From assembly GCA_050230475.1 (NCBI GenBank), contig JBFLGF010000053.1, positions 1 through 64,000 on the forward strand: a stretch of DNA of 64,000 nucleotides, given 5' to 3'. The notes beneath the pieces are model-generated. The model had not been told where the DNA came from. It ran no database searches and worked only from the letters and a program-made list of their open reading frames with translations. The translations under genes and the position numbers were made by a program. This stretch comes from Ancylonema sp. (lineage: Eukaryota). Shown piece by piece: positions 1-13,382 of the stretch (position 1 is its first letter; each line of letters begins with the position of its first letter).

Positions 1-270
1 GACATTCTTGGACGTGTCCGGGCCCCAAGGTGTCTGAAAGGGTCTCTTGTCCAGAGATCCCTCGACAGGTCCGGGGCCAATAAGAAACATAGAAAAGAAA
101 GAACAAAAAAAATAAAAATGATAACCCAAGACATCATACTAATAAAGTCCACCATTTTTTCTTTTTGGAGGGGGTATTCGGGTCCGGGACGTGTCCCGAA
201 CGTGTCTGGTCCTGGACGTGCTTGTGACGTGTCCCGAGATCCCGGGACAAGTCCGGGCCAAGTATGATGT
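1..270. repeat. Terminal part of a probable non-autonomous DNA transposon (GGACGTGTCC-rich subterminal repeats)
   Basis: Repeated GGACGTGTCC/GTCCGGG motifs ending in AGTATGATGT (261-270), which is the exact reverse complement of ACATCATACT (131-140). A similar motif cluster lies at ~58685-58775. Confidence 0.45.
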
Positions 271-578
271 TGAAGTTCTGATACATCCATAGAACATGGA
301 CAAAAGATGGTGGCATCATCACGCTTATAGTCTAGCATCATGCCTCATGAACCACAAGGAATGCTAAGGTCAAATTATTTTGAAGCATGTTTTGAATACG
401 AAATAGCAAATGCGTACTGGGGAAAAAAAAACGACGGTCGTCATACCTTCTTTCTCTTCTCCCGTTTTAGGTCCCTTAAAATGTCGCTCATGGTTCGTAC
501 TTGCTTATGGGCCTCAAAGTGCAGTCGCCTCTCAATCACTGCGAGGTAACGTGACACGTACAAGGAATGAGTGAGCTA

Positions 579-1269
579 CTACATCATTTCACATCTATGA
601 AGTCTCATTGAAGTGAAATGGCCTGCAAGTGTTGCAAACTCTCACTGCACGGCCAAAGTGTTGAGTATATATCTGTGGCTCCACACATCAAGAGACCCGC
701 ACCACAAGGCTATGCGAACAACGTTTCCCATTGGCATCTAACACACTCTATGCCATGTCCTTGGGAAGAATTACACAAAGGTGGAAGAAACATGCACTTA
801 GCTGATCGGTGACACCTGTGGTGTTCACCTGTCATTGGTTCGAGGTCTGAGAGCACAACCAACGTAACGCAAAAGAAAGAAAAAAAAACACCCCGGATAC
901 AAATACAGATATGTCAGCGATGAGCATTCCAGCACAAGGAACCAAAATCTCAGAATCTGAAATCACACAGAGCGAGAGACACCACACTGAAACACGAAAC
1001 CAACGTACTATCTTTGCGTCCAATAGCTACGAATGATAGAAGAATCATCAACGTACCTCGTGGAGCATAGGCGGCAGCCATCAAGTACCACTTAAGGTGG
1101 TCAGGCTTCATGCTGTCGGGTAACGGAATCCGTGAAACTAGGTCAATGACAAGATTGTCTTGTTGGCGAGATCTCAGCTTCACTTGCCAGATGTCGTAGC
1201 CTTTGAAGGCCTCTGAGAGGCTCTCTACCCGAAAAATGGGAACAAACGGCCATAGATACTCCTCGACAT
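579..1269 (-). CDS. Possible exons of an unknown gene divergent from importin beta (1269-1057, 622-579)
   Basis: 213-nt stop-free segment bounded by TAG| and |GTACGT (DVEEYLWPFVPIFRVESLSEAFKGYDIWQVKL...), with a phase-compatible short terminal exon. No homology recognised and no start exon identified. Confidence 0.3.
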
Positions 1270-2583
1270 CTAGATAACAAAAACACCTGGCAGGTACTTG
1301 TAAGCACGGAACGGCCTAAGCTCATCGAACAACACCTTCGATCCGCCCGCTTCATCAAATACCCGGTTCAGACTCATAGAGACAACCGAGTACTATGATG
1401 TCGATATATGAACGTCACAGTACCGCAGGCGGTGCGTACCGCTGACAATAGGTTTGAACCCATCCCATTCGCCACCGGGTTGCACCACTCGCAATAATTT
1501 GTGAAAGCAAAAAACCCAGATAGATCAAACCGCCAAGTCGCTAGTGAGATTGATGAACTCTAAGCTTGTCCTCGTACCTAAGGACATCTCCCTAAGTCAA
1601 CTTACTTTGCGGTCGGTTGGGTTGAAGGAAACGCGAACAAACTGTCAAGAAAAGCAACGCAATCTCTTATCAGTGACATAACGCTGCATCGAATATGAGA
1701 ATATGAGCCTTCATCTTTTGATTTTTAGAAAGCGACCCGGACCCCCTACCCTGCCCCACGCCTACGTCGCAATGTGGTCATACACATCTTCGGGTCGGCA
1801 CCTTTCGCACCGTCTTGCCGCTTCAATCACGCTCCAGAAATCACATTTCTGCCAGATCAGAGAATGTATCTCTTCCTTTAGAAACTCTATAAAATAACTT
1901 TCCAGATCATTGGGGAAGAACAAGAGAGTCGCTGAAGTGAAGTTCCGCAAACTGAAAAAAAACAAGTCGACAACATCATCGTTTTGCGGCAAAAGAGGAA
2001 AAAACAACTCTTTCACGTGCTGTGGCGCGTGCCCTCCATGCTCCATGCACGAGACGTGTAACACCTAATCGTATGTCTGGTTTGCAGGTGCGCTGGTACG
2101 CACCCTGTGCAGAAACAGAAACAGAAATGGACGCGGGAAGCAGTTTAAAGCGATAGCTACAGCAAAGCGGAATTTGCGCAGCTTCCGAAATCTGCGCACC
2201 GCTCAGAGCATCTGCGACGGCCTTGCACATCATTGAGCGTAGTACTTCAGCTCTCTATGGAAACAAGGATCGGTTGCAACGTTCGAACTTCGAACGGTGC
2301 AACCGATCGTCCCCGATATTATCAATCCAGACAGGTTTACTGTGCCGAAATTTGTCGTTTGCTTTCCCCATTTTCCGCGTTGATACTGAACCCCCAGGTT
2401 CCAGTCGGATCCGGAGAGCGGGTGCCGGAGACACCGAGCCAGCGACGATTGAAGAGCTCTGGCTGATCTCAGCAACAACGGTGCTCTCAGTGGGCCTCGT
2501 GTGGAATTCTACGACGTCATTTATTCTCTGGCAGTTCGTGTCAGAGGCCATCAAATTAAGCTAGAGGTCACGCCGTAGCCGTC

Positions 2584-5500
2584 ATGGCAATGGAAGTGAC
2601 ACAGATTTTGCTGAATGCACAAGCCCTTGATGGGGGTGCACGGCGACAGGCAGAAGAAAGACTGAAGCAGCTGCAAGATTCGAATTTACCTCTGTTCCTT
2701 GTGTCTCTTGCGCTGGAGCTTGCGAATCAAGAAAAACCGATAGAATCTCGTAAGCTCGCTGGTCTCGTGCTGAAAAATGCCTTAGATGCGAAAGAACAGG
2801 TTCGGAAAGCGGAGTACATTGCAAGATGGATCAGCATAGACGTGGCAGTCACAAGCCAAATCAAAGTAGCACTGCTGGCAACGCTAGGCTCCGTAGTTCA
2901 GGACGCCAGGCATACGGCAGCTCAGGTTATTGCCAAGATCGCAGCAATCGAAGTCCCGAATAATCAGTGGCCGGAGTTGGTGTCAAGCGTGCTTGCCAAC
3001 ATGGGATCGCAAACACAGGCTCAGCCCGCGCACTTGAAGGAAAGTACCTTAGAAGCCATAGGGTATGTCTGCGAGGAAATAGCCGGTACAGACACCCTGA
3101 CTCAAGAGCAGGTCAACAGTGTGCTGACAGCAGTGGTGCAAGGCATGAATGCTACTGAGACCAACAATGACGTTCGATTAGCTGCAACGCGGGCTCTTTA
3201 CAACGCCCTCGACTTCGCTCAAACAAACTTCGAGAACGAGATGGAGCGAACCTATATTATGACCGTAGTCTGCGAGGCGACCCTCTGCCCTGACGTGCGA
3301 GTCCGGCAAGCAGCTTATGAGTGTCTAGTGTCGATCTCGTCGATGTACTACAGCAAGCTATCTCCGTACATGCAGGATATTTTTGTGATCACATCGAAAG
3401 CTGCGAAAGATGATGAGGAGGCCGTGGCATTGCAAGCGATTGAGCTCTGGTGTTCCATTTGTGATGAGGAGATTGAGATTCAGGAGGAGTTCTCAGGGGA
3501 TTCGGAGGTGACAAACTATCAGTTTATTAAGCAGGCTCTTCCAGCTCTGGTGCCGATGCTTCTGGAAATGCTGACGAAGCAGGAGGAGGGGCAGGAACTG
3601 GAGGAAGGTTCATGGAATCTGTCCATGGCTGGAGGTACCTGTCTGGGGTTGGTGGCGAGGACGGTGGGGGACAGCGTAGTAGAGCTGGTGATGCCCTTTG
3701 TGCAAGAGAATATCACGAAGCCAGACTGGCGGCTCAGAGAGGCAGCCACCTATGCATTTGGGTCAATCCTCGAGGGCCCATCACTGGTGACACTGACTCC
3801 CCTGGTGAACATGGCGCTCAACTTCCTTCTGAATGCGATGAAGGACGAGAACAACCATGTCAAAGACACCACAGCATGGACTCTGGGAAGAATCTTCGAG
3901 TTCCTGCATGGGGCCGACACTCCAGTTATTACAGCCGCCAACCTCCCCCTCATCCTACAGGTGCTGCTGGAAAGTATTAAGGATGCCCCCAACGTAGCAG
4001 AGAAGGTGTGCGGGGCTTTATACTGGCTGAATGCGGCGTACGAGGGGGTAGACGGGATCTCGCCACTGTCGCCATACTTCCAGAATATCGTGCAGGCGCT
4101 CCTGGAGACTACAGACAGAGAGGATTCGGGGGATTCCAGGTTGCGATCGTCTGCATACGAGTGTTTGAATGAGGTGGTTCGGTGCTCGACGGAGGACACT
4201 GCGCAGACTGTGCTGAGCATGGTGCCCCTGGTCATGGCGAAGCTAAACAACACCCTCGACATGCAGATCGTATCCACTGACGATAGGGAGCGACAGAGCG
4301 ACCTGCAGGCACTGCTGTGTGGAGTGCTGCAGGTTATCATTCAGAAGTTGGGGAGCAATGAGCGCACTAAGCTGGGGATCGGACAGTACGCAGACCAGAT
4401 GATGGCCCTCTTCCTGCGAGTGTTTGCCTGCCGTAGTGCCACAGTGCACGAGGAAGCAATGCTGGCGATCGGAGCCATGGCTTACGCCGCTGGTCCCGAG
4501 TTCAATAAGTACATGACAGAGTTCTACCGGTACCTGGAAATGGGGTTGCAGAACTTTGAGGAGTACCAGGTCTGTGCAGTGACGGTGGGGGTGGTGGGGG
4601 ACATCTGCCGAGCCCTGGAGGGAGCAGTGCTTCAGTACTGCGACGGCATCATGACTCAGCTCCTGAAAGACCTGTCCAGCAACCAGCTGCACCGGAATGT
4701 GAAGCCTCCGATCTTCTCTGCGTTTGGAGACATTGCGTTGGCGATCGGGGAGAACTTCGAGAAGTACCTGGCCTATGCCATGCCAATGCTGCAGAGTGCT
4801 GCGGAGCTGTCAGCGCAGCAGAGCAAGTCGAGGGATGACGAGATTCTGGACTACAACAATCAGTTGCGGGGGGGGATCTTTGAGGCCTACTCCGGAATCT
4901 TCCAGGGTTTCAAAGCCGTCAAGCCAGAGATTATGGCGCCTTTCGCAGAGCACATCCTCTTCTTCATTGACAACGTGTATCAAGACAAAGAGAGGTAAGG
5001 GTCCTGACTCTTGTCTTAACCACGCAATAACGGCTGGGTGAATACAAGGAGACCCAGCTCTTGGTTCGTAGGAATTTGCTGACGCCGTTTGTTTATTGCT
5101 GTTCGGAAGTCGTATGTGTTTTGAGTATATTGTGCCCCAGCGCGTATGTTGTGTTTTTTTTCTTCTTCAAGATGCTCTGGTTGCTTCAGACTCCGTCTAC
5201 GCACTTGTCAGACATTACAGAATAGTTTAGGTGACTTCCGGTGCAGCCTGTCTTTTGTTCCTTTCTGTATCATACCTCAAGTCTCACATTTTCGGCCCCA
5301 AAGGGTGTGTCAGAAACCACACACCAAGGGTATTATTATGTAGTAGTACAGCTCTAACAGCCTGTTCCCTGTTCTCTGTTCTGTGGTTTGACCTGTGGCA
5401 GAGACGATGCTGTCACCAAGGGTGCTGTGGGAGTGATGGGTGACCTGGCAGACACGCTGTCTCAGAATGCTGCTGACTTGTTCAACCGCCATCCTTTTTA

Positions 5501-5600
5501 CAAGGACTTCATCGAGGAGTGCCTGGCATCCGAGGACTCATCCATAAAAGACACAGCGGATTGGGCACAAGGTCGCATTGCCTCCGTTTCCACGACTTAG
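2584..5600 (+). CDS. KPNB1: Importin subunit beta-1; exons 2584-4994 and 5402-5600
   Basis: 804-aa HEAT-repeat ORF with IBN_N start (MEVTQILLNAQ...RKLAGLVLKNAL) and acidic loop (ICDEEIEIQEE). GT-AG splice AG|gtaagg ... ggcag|A restores DKERDDAVTKGAVGVMGDLADTL; stop TAG at 5598-5600. Confidence 0.97.
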
Positions 5601-6524
5601 AGACCCCCTTCTCGCGGGTCAAGCCATCATACTTTCGATTGTGTGATTGCTTGTGGAAGATGTTCAGTGTTAATTGTCAAGTTTTGATGAGTGTGTGGGT
5701 GTAAAGCCGTGAAGCACCATGTTGTTTGCTTGTGTGAACCTCTTGACTTATAGAGGCACACTCTCAAGATGATGTCGTGAAAGTCCTCTAGTCGTTTTTC
5801 CATTTCTTTATTCCCGATTCCGGAGAAAGGTGTCAACGTACTTCGTCCAATAAGTAGGTGTCTCCTCGTGAGGGTCTTGTTAGCTGTCAAATATTGTCTT
5901 TACGATGTTCATTAAGTTCATGTGGACAACTAGAGGGAAGTAGGTTAGATTTGTCAACAAATGAGGGACCATCCAAATTCGTGGTTCTGCCTTTGTCATA
6001 GTTCTTGTGAATTGTCGTGACGGTTGCGAGAGGGGGGCATATTGAAATGTTTGTGTATGCTACTTCGCTATAAGAGCACTTTTTAGCGGCAAAGGATTCT
6101 TCTATGTTGTTACAACAAACATAAACAAGTGGTACAAGACGATATTTGTAAGGGATGCCTGTACTGAAAGCATGTTCGTGAAACTTTGGGTCCATAGATG
6201 TTGTGGTGGTTCATGCTATTTGTTGCACACACTAAAGCTCACCAACCAACTTGTATTTCAAATACACTCTGCGGATTGGTGGACAAGTGAAGTATAAATT
6301 GTTCAACAAACAAATAAACATGGCATTATTGAAGGTTGTCGTCATGTAGATAACACAAGCTTGTTGTTTATTCTTATACATCGATGAACGGTTTCCCTGT
6401 AATATCGTAGGCGACACAGTAGAAATTCTGCCCATCTAGTTTCTATCGAGGTAATGTCAATGCAGTTAGTATGTACCATAGTGGGCCACTACCACTTACC
6501 CGGGTCATTATGTATGGCCACTAC

Positions 6525-7956
6525 TAGTGGCCATACATAATAACCCGGGATTAAAAATAAAAATAAAGTGTTGACCCACCAACTTGACCCTGGCAAAATA
6601 CAGCTATCATCCCGTGACCCAAAATTATGACCCGGGTAAAAAATATTTATTATACCGTGACTCGGCAAGCAAAATGAATCACCCCAAAACAACGCGTAAT
6701 TTTGACCGCACCAATATCGTACTAAGTATGGCACTGTAAACCTTAGGGGGATAACTTTCGGCCGTCATATTTCAAATGATTTTTCCGGATTTTGTTCTTC
6801 ACTACGCCGTTCAATTCAGTTTACACCAAAAATCCGTTCACTTTCCTGTCTCTCAAGTTTATTAGCAGTTCATCCGTTCACTTTACCTTGGAAAATCCGT
6901 TAACTTTCCATCATCTCAAATTTATTCGTCGTTCATCCGTTCACTTTACACTAAAAATCCGTTCACTTCCCTTTTTCTCGATTTTGTCGACGTTCAATCG
7001 TTCACTTTACCTTGAAAAATCCGTTCACTTTCCTTCATCTCAAATTTATTAGCCGGTCATCCGTTCACTTTACCTTGAAAAATCCGTTCACTTTCATCAT
7101 CTCAAATTTATTCGCCGTTCATCCGTTCACTCCACATTAACAAATCCGTTCACTCTCCTTCATCTCAATTTAATTCGCGAACACCCGTTTACTTTACACT
7201 AAAAAACCCGCTCACTTTCCTTCATCTCAAACTAATTCGCCGTTCGTCCGTTTACTTGAAACTAAAAATACGTTCACTCTCTTTCATTTCAAATTTATTC
7301 AACGTTCATCCGTTCACTTTACACTAAAAATCCGTTCACTTCCTTTTACCTCAATTTTACTCGCCGTTCATCCATTCACTTTCATTCAGAAGCCTGATCT
7401 CGGTGTGGTGCGTTCTCAACTCTAGATTGCGGCTCTGCAGACTCTCAGACCTGAACACACAGGCGGATGAAGCAGAAAAGCAATAAAAGAGTAGATAGTG
7501 ATAGAGTATGAGTATTGCGTTGGGAGTAGTAAGTGAGTGTGTGGAGATATCCGCATGCTTTCGGGTTTTCGATTTTCCCACAATTTTCGGAAAAAGGTTA
7601 AGGTTTAAATAATCTGGAATCTCTATGTTCTTTATCATGTTGGCTTGTGCATGGTGCAAAAATATAAGAAAAATGTAAAACTTGATTATTCCCCAACATG
7701 TCCATTTCCCCCGAAAAGAAAACCAATGACGATCGATTTGGCCGCTACCGGACCAAGATTGACCTTGGGCGACCAGTATCCAACCACATATGTATTTTGA
7801 GCAAATAACTGGAAAAAATCCAATTTATAATGTTGACCCACTGCGCCGGATCTCGGAATATATGGCGTGATCCAACCCCAGAAAATGAATTATTTGATTC
7901 GATCCGACCCGCCCTTTCAATAATTATTTGCGGGTCATTATGTATGGCCGATACGG
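6525..7956. mobile_element. Tc1/mariner-type non-autonomous element, family 'CCGTAGTGGCCATACATAATGACCCG', long copy A
   Basis: ~26-bp TIRs with TA flank on the right. Internal sequence is homologous in inverted orientation to 19809-20962. Confidence 0.8.
6812..7381. repeat. Tandem minisatellite, ~9 units of ~62 bp, each with two CCGTTCACTT motifs
   Basis: Consensus approx. CATCCGTTCACTTTACACTAAAAATCCGTTCACTTTCCTTCATCTCAAATTTATTCGCCGTT, read directly. Confidence 0.9.
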
Positions 7957-8288
7957 TATTGTACATTTTTTAGTGGAAATCCCCACCACTCGGAATACCC
8001 GCATGTAGCATGATAGACAATTTGTAAGGAGTTTAAATTGACATTCCCTATCAATACATTGAAATATCGTACTTTCAACTCGAGCACAGTCTCGTGATAG
8101 GAGGGCGGACAAAACCGAAATGACAAAGCGTGTGGTCTTTGTGAAAGCATAAATCCTTAGAGAGAAAGTGTAATGAGTCTTTACATGCAGAAGATCGTCA
8201 TTGCAACTAGTCAAATGCATCGCGATTTGGAAACCAATTGGGCGTCACAAGTTGTGGATAGTTGAGAATCTAAACTACCCAATTATAT

Positions 8289-8400
8289 CATAGTTGGGCG
8301 CACACAACTACAACAAGCAGATGTTCGGAACATATATGCGATGCGCACAATTTCGGAACACGTGCGCTCAACCCAGCGCACATGTGTGCGCCCAACTAGG
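8289..8400. mobile_element. Small MITE-like inverted repeat element
   Basis: CATAGTTGGGCGCACAC ... GTGTGCGCCCAACTAGG (16/17 inverted match); a further end-like copy near 8512-8529. Confidence 0.5.
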
Positions 8401-9009
8401 AAAAAATGCGCGAGATAAAAAGACTTCGAATACTTACCACTATGAGCGGCGGCTTTTAAGGTCGTAAAAATGTCAAATTTGATTTTTTCGAGGAGGTGTG
8501 CGATGCGCACATGTGCGCTCCCAACTAAGAATTTGATAGATGCATATCCGATGTGCACAAGATTTCCGAGGAGTTTGTATAATGAGAAGCAAAATTCCCG
8601 GTACATGTACGAATAGGGCCTAAGCACAACATACCTTCACCTAAGGCATTGAGATTGGTCGCAATTCGCACATTGAGTTCTTGCATGATGGAGCTTAATT
8701 GAGAGCAAGAGGTTTCACATGAAAAGGTTACTCATCATATGTACCGCCACATTGTTGTACAATTTGTGCCGCGCAAAAGGCCTTCGTCACTTAATAAACT
8801 ATTAACGCAACTACTTACATGAAGAGGTTTCCCTGCTCTTCCTTACAACAAATTCTACCATGAACAATCACCCTCGTTCTCTAAGTGGTTGAAAATAGAT
8901 TCAATTACAATATTTCCTCAAACTTACACGTGCAAAGCCCCGACTAAGCGGATAACCAAACATAAGCATACAAGCTCTCACAAGATATACACACGTCCAA
9001 AACAACATT

Positions 9010-11211
9010 TACAACCAGCCCTTGTCTAAGTTGCTATGGATGCCCGTGTTGGCGTTTCCAATGGTACACACTCCTCGCACACTAAATCCACTTCTACTGC
9101 TTTTAATATCAACAACAGCATCCGCACCGACAACCACTAGTTTATGTACATCCTATACACTCATGTGAAAAATATCGCGTTCTCTATATTCAAGCGAAGT
9201 TTGCATTACGTACAATATTTGCGGTCTCACCTTTTTTCTACCAGACTAATCCCATTAATGATGGATGTAAATAATTGAAAATGGAAATGTAAATGTATAT
9301 ATTGGAGATGGATATAAAATATTGGAATAAATAAATATTTCATAAGATATATGTCAATGTAAAAATACCGCAACTCCTTCTACTTCTCTATGTATTTCCA
9401 AGTGTATGAAATGAAGCAACACTCGCGAGCAAAACACTGAATTTAGAGGTGTGAAACATGCATGATATGGTACGTCTAATTACATTGAATGTGGATTTCA
9501 AATCTATAGGCTTGAATATGTTTTCTTCTTGCAGTCATTTACAATCATCTGATACATGCATAGTTGCATGAACCGATTGTTTTTTTCTTTTGCAACCACT
9601 CCCGAGATTGAATTGGTTCGGAACCGTACGAGGTGGGAGTTTTTTATAATTTACCTCCTTCCCGCAGTAAAATATTTTTTTTATCACAAATCACTGCGAC
9701 GGGAATATATGTTTTGTACGGATTCATTATCAACTCCACTTCACTTTCAGATGCAAAAATTATCACACATGTAATCGAAATAATAAGAATACAACCTTGT
9801 GCAAAAATATAAACCGTTTTACTCCGACGAAATTGTATGACCTCGTTTCCGTCTTCATCCACATGAAAGTACAGAAGAAAGTAAGACTAAGATTAAGACT
9901 TAAGTATTACTCGAAGGGGGGAAGGGGAGGAAGGGGGTTGATTCGTTAACATATGTGAGAATGGTTGAGAAAAATGAGAGGATAGTGGATGGAGGAAGGA
10001 ACAAAAAAATGTGAAACAAAGATACATAAGCATAACACATGTTGGGGACTTGGAAATGATGATAGGGGGGGAAGGAGGGAAAATGCATGAGTGTTCTTCA
10101 CATAAATTATTCATACTATTGTAAAGAGAATTGAACATGTTAAACAATCGACTATCAAATTCACAGATCGCAGAACCGAAGACAACCAGATTCTAAAACG
10201 CAATGCGCGACGACAGTATTGCCCACATCAACACAACGAATCAACTTAAATCCAATGCTACATTACATTCGTTTGGAAACAGTTGAGGACTTGTACAAAG
10301 TAATCGAAATTTACCTTCCATCTAACCGTCTTGTCCCTGAAAATCGCATGCCAAACGCCCAAGCAACGTTGCCAGAGCAGTCTCCTCCCAAGTTTCTGTC
10401 CTTCTCAGAAATAGAATCACCCTCGCAATCGAAAAGTGCAGGTACCCACATCTTTGAAAGACTCTGCAATAGAGCACGGAAACTATGATGAGGACCTTTA
10501 ACCTTTCAAAGGCGAGAATAACATTTTCAGTCCTTCATCCTCAATTAAGAGTTCACAGAAAGAAGCATCTGCGTCATCGTATCGCATCATTGCGAAATTG
10601 ACATTCTACAGATTGTAGCTATATGTGATTGACGGATTACAACTAATCAGCCGGATAAGCACCAACGACCATACTCACCAGATCTAACGGCAAAGTCAGC
10701 GGCATGGAAAAGTTGATGCCTGGCGAGGCACTGTCTGCCTCTTTTATTCCTGCAATCTGACGACCAAACATTGATTTTCCGTACGCACTTGTGCCCCGAG
10801 TAGCTCTTCCTGTACGTCTGACACAGACGCCTAATGTCTTACTACTAACTAAACTACCACCAGCCCCGGCCATCGCGATTAGTAATCTGCAGTGCCTGCC
10901 GGAGCAGGAAGGGTTGGCGGAACCGGAGCAGATTCGGTTGGTATATTGTGCTGAGGTCCCGCTCGTTTGGCCCTCCTATGTTCTCTGTATGCGCCGAAAG
11001 CAGTTGTGGCCACAAACCAAGCGATCTTGCGCGGCAAGCTCTTGACGAATGAGTACAATTTCCACAACACCCACACTAGTTTAACGTTCTCCCACGTAGA
11101 TCTGTGATGCCTTGGTTGTACTGGAGCCGGTCCAGATTGTGGGTCAATAGAATGGACTTGGCGATTACTGGCTTCACTGCAGTGATGAGAATCTGCACCA
11201 GCAGCAGACAT
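9010..11211 (-). other. Possible multi-exon orphan gene or pseudogene
   Basis: 110-aa ATG ORF (11211-10879) plus several AG/GT-bounded open segments (~10465-10315, ~9870-9796, ~9137-9013). No recognisable domain, and frames are not cleanly joinable. Confidence 0.2.
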
Positions 11212-11743
11212 ATCGAACGAATGCTTGATACTACAGCACGACTAACACGTTCTTTCGGGCTGCGCAGGCAGTTTTAGAAGGGAAACTAGCGGGGTACCCG
11301 GGGCAAATGGTGTGCAGACTGCTGACACGTATCGGGGCAGGACGGAGAGTGGAGTGGCATTCACGAGCCAGGTGCACACGACCGTGGCGCTACGTGCCGC
11401 GTGGCGGTAACACAACCAACGTGGTCAATTTGCCAGCAGGCCTGTGGATTGTTCCCACTTGTCCTTCTGCCGTGAAGTTTGACGTTCTGGGATCTTGACC
11501 GCCAGCTAAGCCAAATGATCCAAGACGTTCGCCGTGGCATGCATAGTGTTGGGGCCCATCCGCCACCCTCATCCATCCGCGATCCGATTGGATCCGAAGC
11601 CCACCCCATCCTCAGCGCTTTGGCGGATGCTATAGTGTCCACCCCCCACCCGCCTTCCACCCGCCGTCCACCCGCCTCACCCGCGATGCACCCGCCGCCC
11701 CGCCAAAAGTAGCGGGTGGTATGGATAATCGACAGTTTTAGTA

Positions 11744-12014
11744 CCGTACTGGGCACCGGAAATGATTTCTGTTTTTTCAAAACGAATTAATTTGTTAATG
11801 ATTTGTAAGAAAGATTCCGGATATCCGGTAGTTATTATTGATGATTTTGAGCAACGATTTCTTGAAACCTACATACAAAATTCAAAACAAATCCAAAAGT
11901 GGTATTAATATAAATGATTTTTGGTTAATGATTCCGACCTCATAGCTATTAATATAAATTATTGATTTCGGGTTTCAGTAATTAATTAAAAATAATTTAC
12001 GGTGCCGAGTACGG
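11744..12014. mobile_element. Tc1/mariner-type MITE
   Basis: TA|CCGTACTGGGCACC ... GGTGCCGAGTACGG|TA. A diverged relative lies in an SPPL1 intron at ~43085-43350. Confidence 0.7.
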
Positions 12015-12517
12015 TATGCCAGAAGTACGTGTGTGAAAGGTTGCACTCAACCCCAATATAAAAAACTTTGATATAAGAAACTCGCTAGGTTAAACTTTTT
12101 TCTCAAGCTCGGCTTATTGCTCGGCCTTGTTGTCCCCGCTCAATATCCATCCCGGTAATATCAATTTTTTGAAGTTTACTCTATGTATCCCGTAACTCCT
12201 AGCTGACGTCTATTTTTGACACTTGTTTTCGTATGTTTTAATCTCTTCGCTCGACTGACGTCGACGAAGCCAGTAAGTTGGCCGAATTGTCATTTGCAAC
12301 TTGCCGTTTGTGTTGTGTTGTTTTCCCGACTGTTTTGATGAGCCAACACATGTAATGGTCTACTACACACCAAATCTATCCGCTGAGGCTCTCACAGAGC
12401 CAACTTCGTCGAAATGTTGACCATCGATTTGGTGACGCTAGAACTGATAGATGAGTAACGCGCAACCGATTGCTAACGTTCGAAGTGAACCAAGACATCA
12501 TATCCACAACCATAGCC

Positions 12518-13231
12518 TGTCAACGCACCGTTTGACAACCATAACTTGAAGGTTTACATAACCGTTGTTGATATTAGCATTCTACACCATGATTGCTTTG
12601 TTTACCATCGAATAATTTGACGATTTTTTCATGTTCGATAGTGGTAGTCGTCTCGCCCTCTGCGTCAAGTCGGGTACTACACATTCACATAAGAGAAAGT
12701 ATGGAAGATTTAGCGTAACAGCTAGATCTCAACAATGACTCAATTTGCAGCCCTGCCTATATCAGACTAGCGGAAGACTTTTCAACAAATAGTGGATGTG
12801 GAAGATGGATACCAACGGTATATATCTTTCAAGTTGTAGACACCAGCTAAACAACCTGTAGATAACATAGCCACACCAACTTTCGACAATTTACAACCAA
12901 ACCAATTGGCCACTGACACACACCTACACCAGTTCGACGGCCAACCTTAATCCTTTCCAAAAAAAAAATGTTTAGTGATTTAACTTCATTCGGTGCGGGG
13001 AGTGATCAATTTCTACCAAACTCCATCAGTAAAAGACAATCATTTCCTGAACTATTTTGCGACAGATTGGACACCATAACTATTGTCAAAAAAAATCTTG
13101 CCATTGACCCAATTACCAAACAAATCATCGACACATCGGTTATTGGACCAGCGATATTGGGGACCTCAGACCCAACGCCAAAGGAGCCGACACCTGGACT
13201 CGTACCACCACCACTGGAGTATAAAACTTAG
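12518..13231 (+). mobile_element. Decayed 5' fragment (LTR-like end plus gag-upstream ORF) of the family at 50004-53044
   Basis: Starts with the same TGTCAACGCACCGTTTGACA 20-mer. Peptide AIDPITKQIIDTSVIGPAILGT matches SIDPQTDQIVDTSIMAAPATSGT in ORF 51678-52634. Confidence 0.75.
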
Positions 13232-13382
13232 TTTGGTGATTCTTAGCATGATTTTTTGGCAGATACGCGGGTTGACATCGTGGTGGCCATCAGAGACTAG
13301 CATGGAATGGCATGGTCAATTACTTGCGTCGCCCCTAGGTTGTGGTAGGACATGGCTTTTATCTTTCTCTAACGGTCTAGGC

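Noticed and set aside
1440..1476. tRNA-like T-loop GGTTTGAACCC...CGCCA
   Set aside because: No D-arm, anticodon arm or matching acceptor stem could be folded.
3750..4692. Antisense ORFs of 196 and 149 aa
   Set aside because: Codon-bias shadows of importin beta with no independent motifs.
2584..4994. 2.4-kb single exon of importin beta as a retrogene signature
   Set aside because: The gene has a normal intron near the C-terminus; plant importin beta-1 genes are generally intron-poor.
6812..7381. CRISPR-like array
   Set aside because: Intervening segments are homologous to each other rather than unique spacers; no cas genes; the array lies inside a eukaryotic TIR element.
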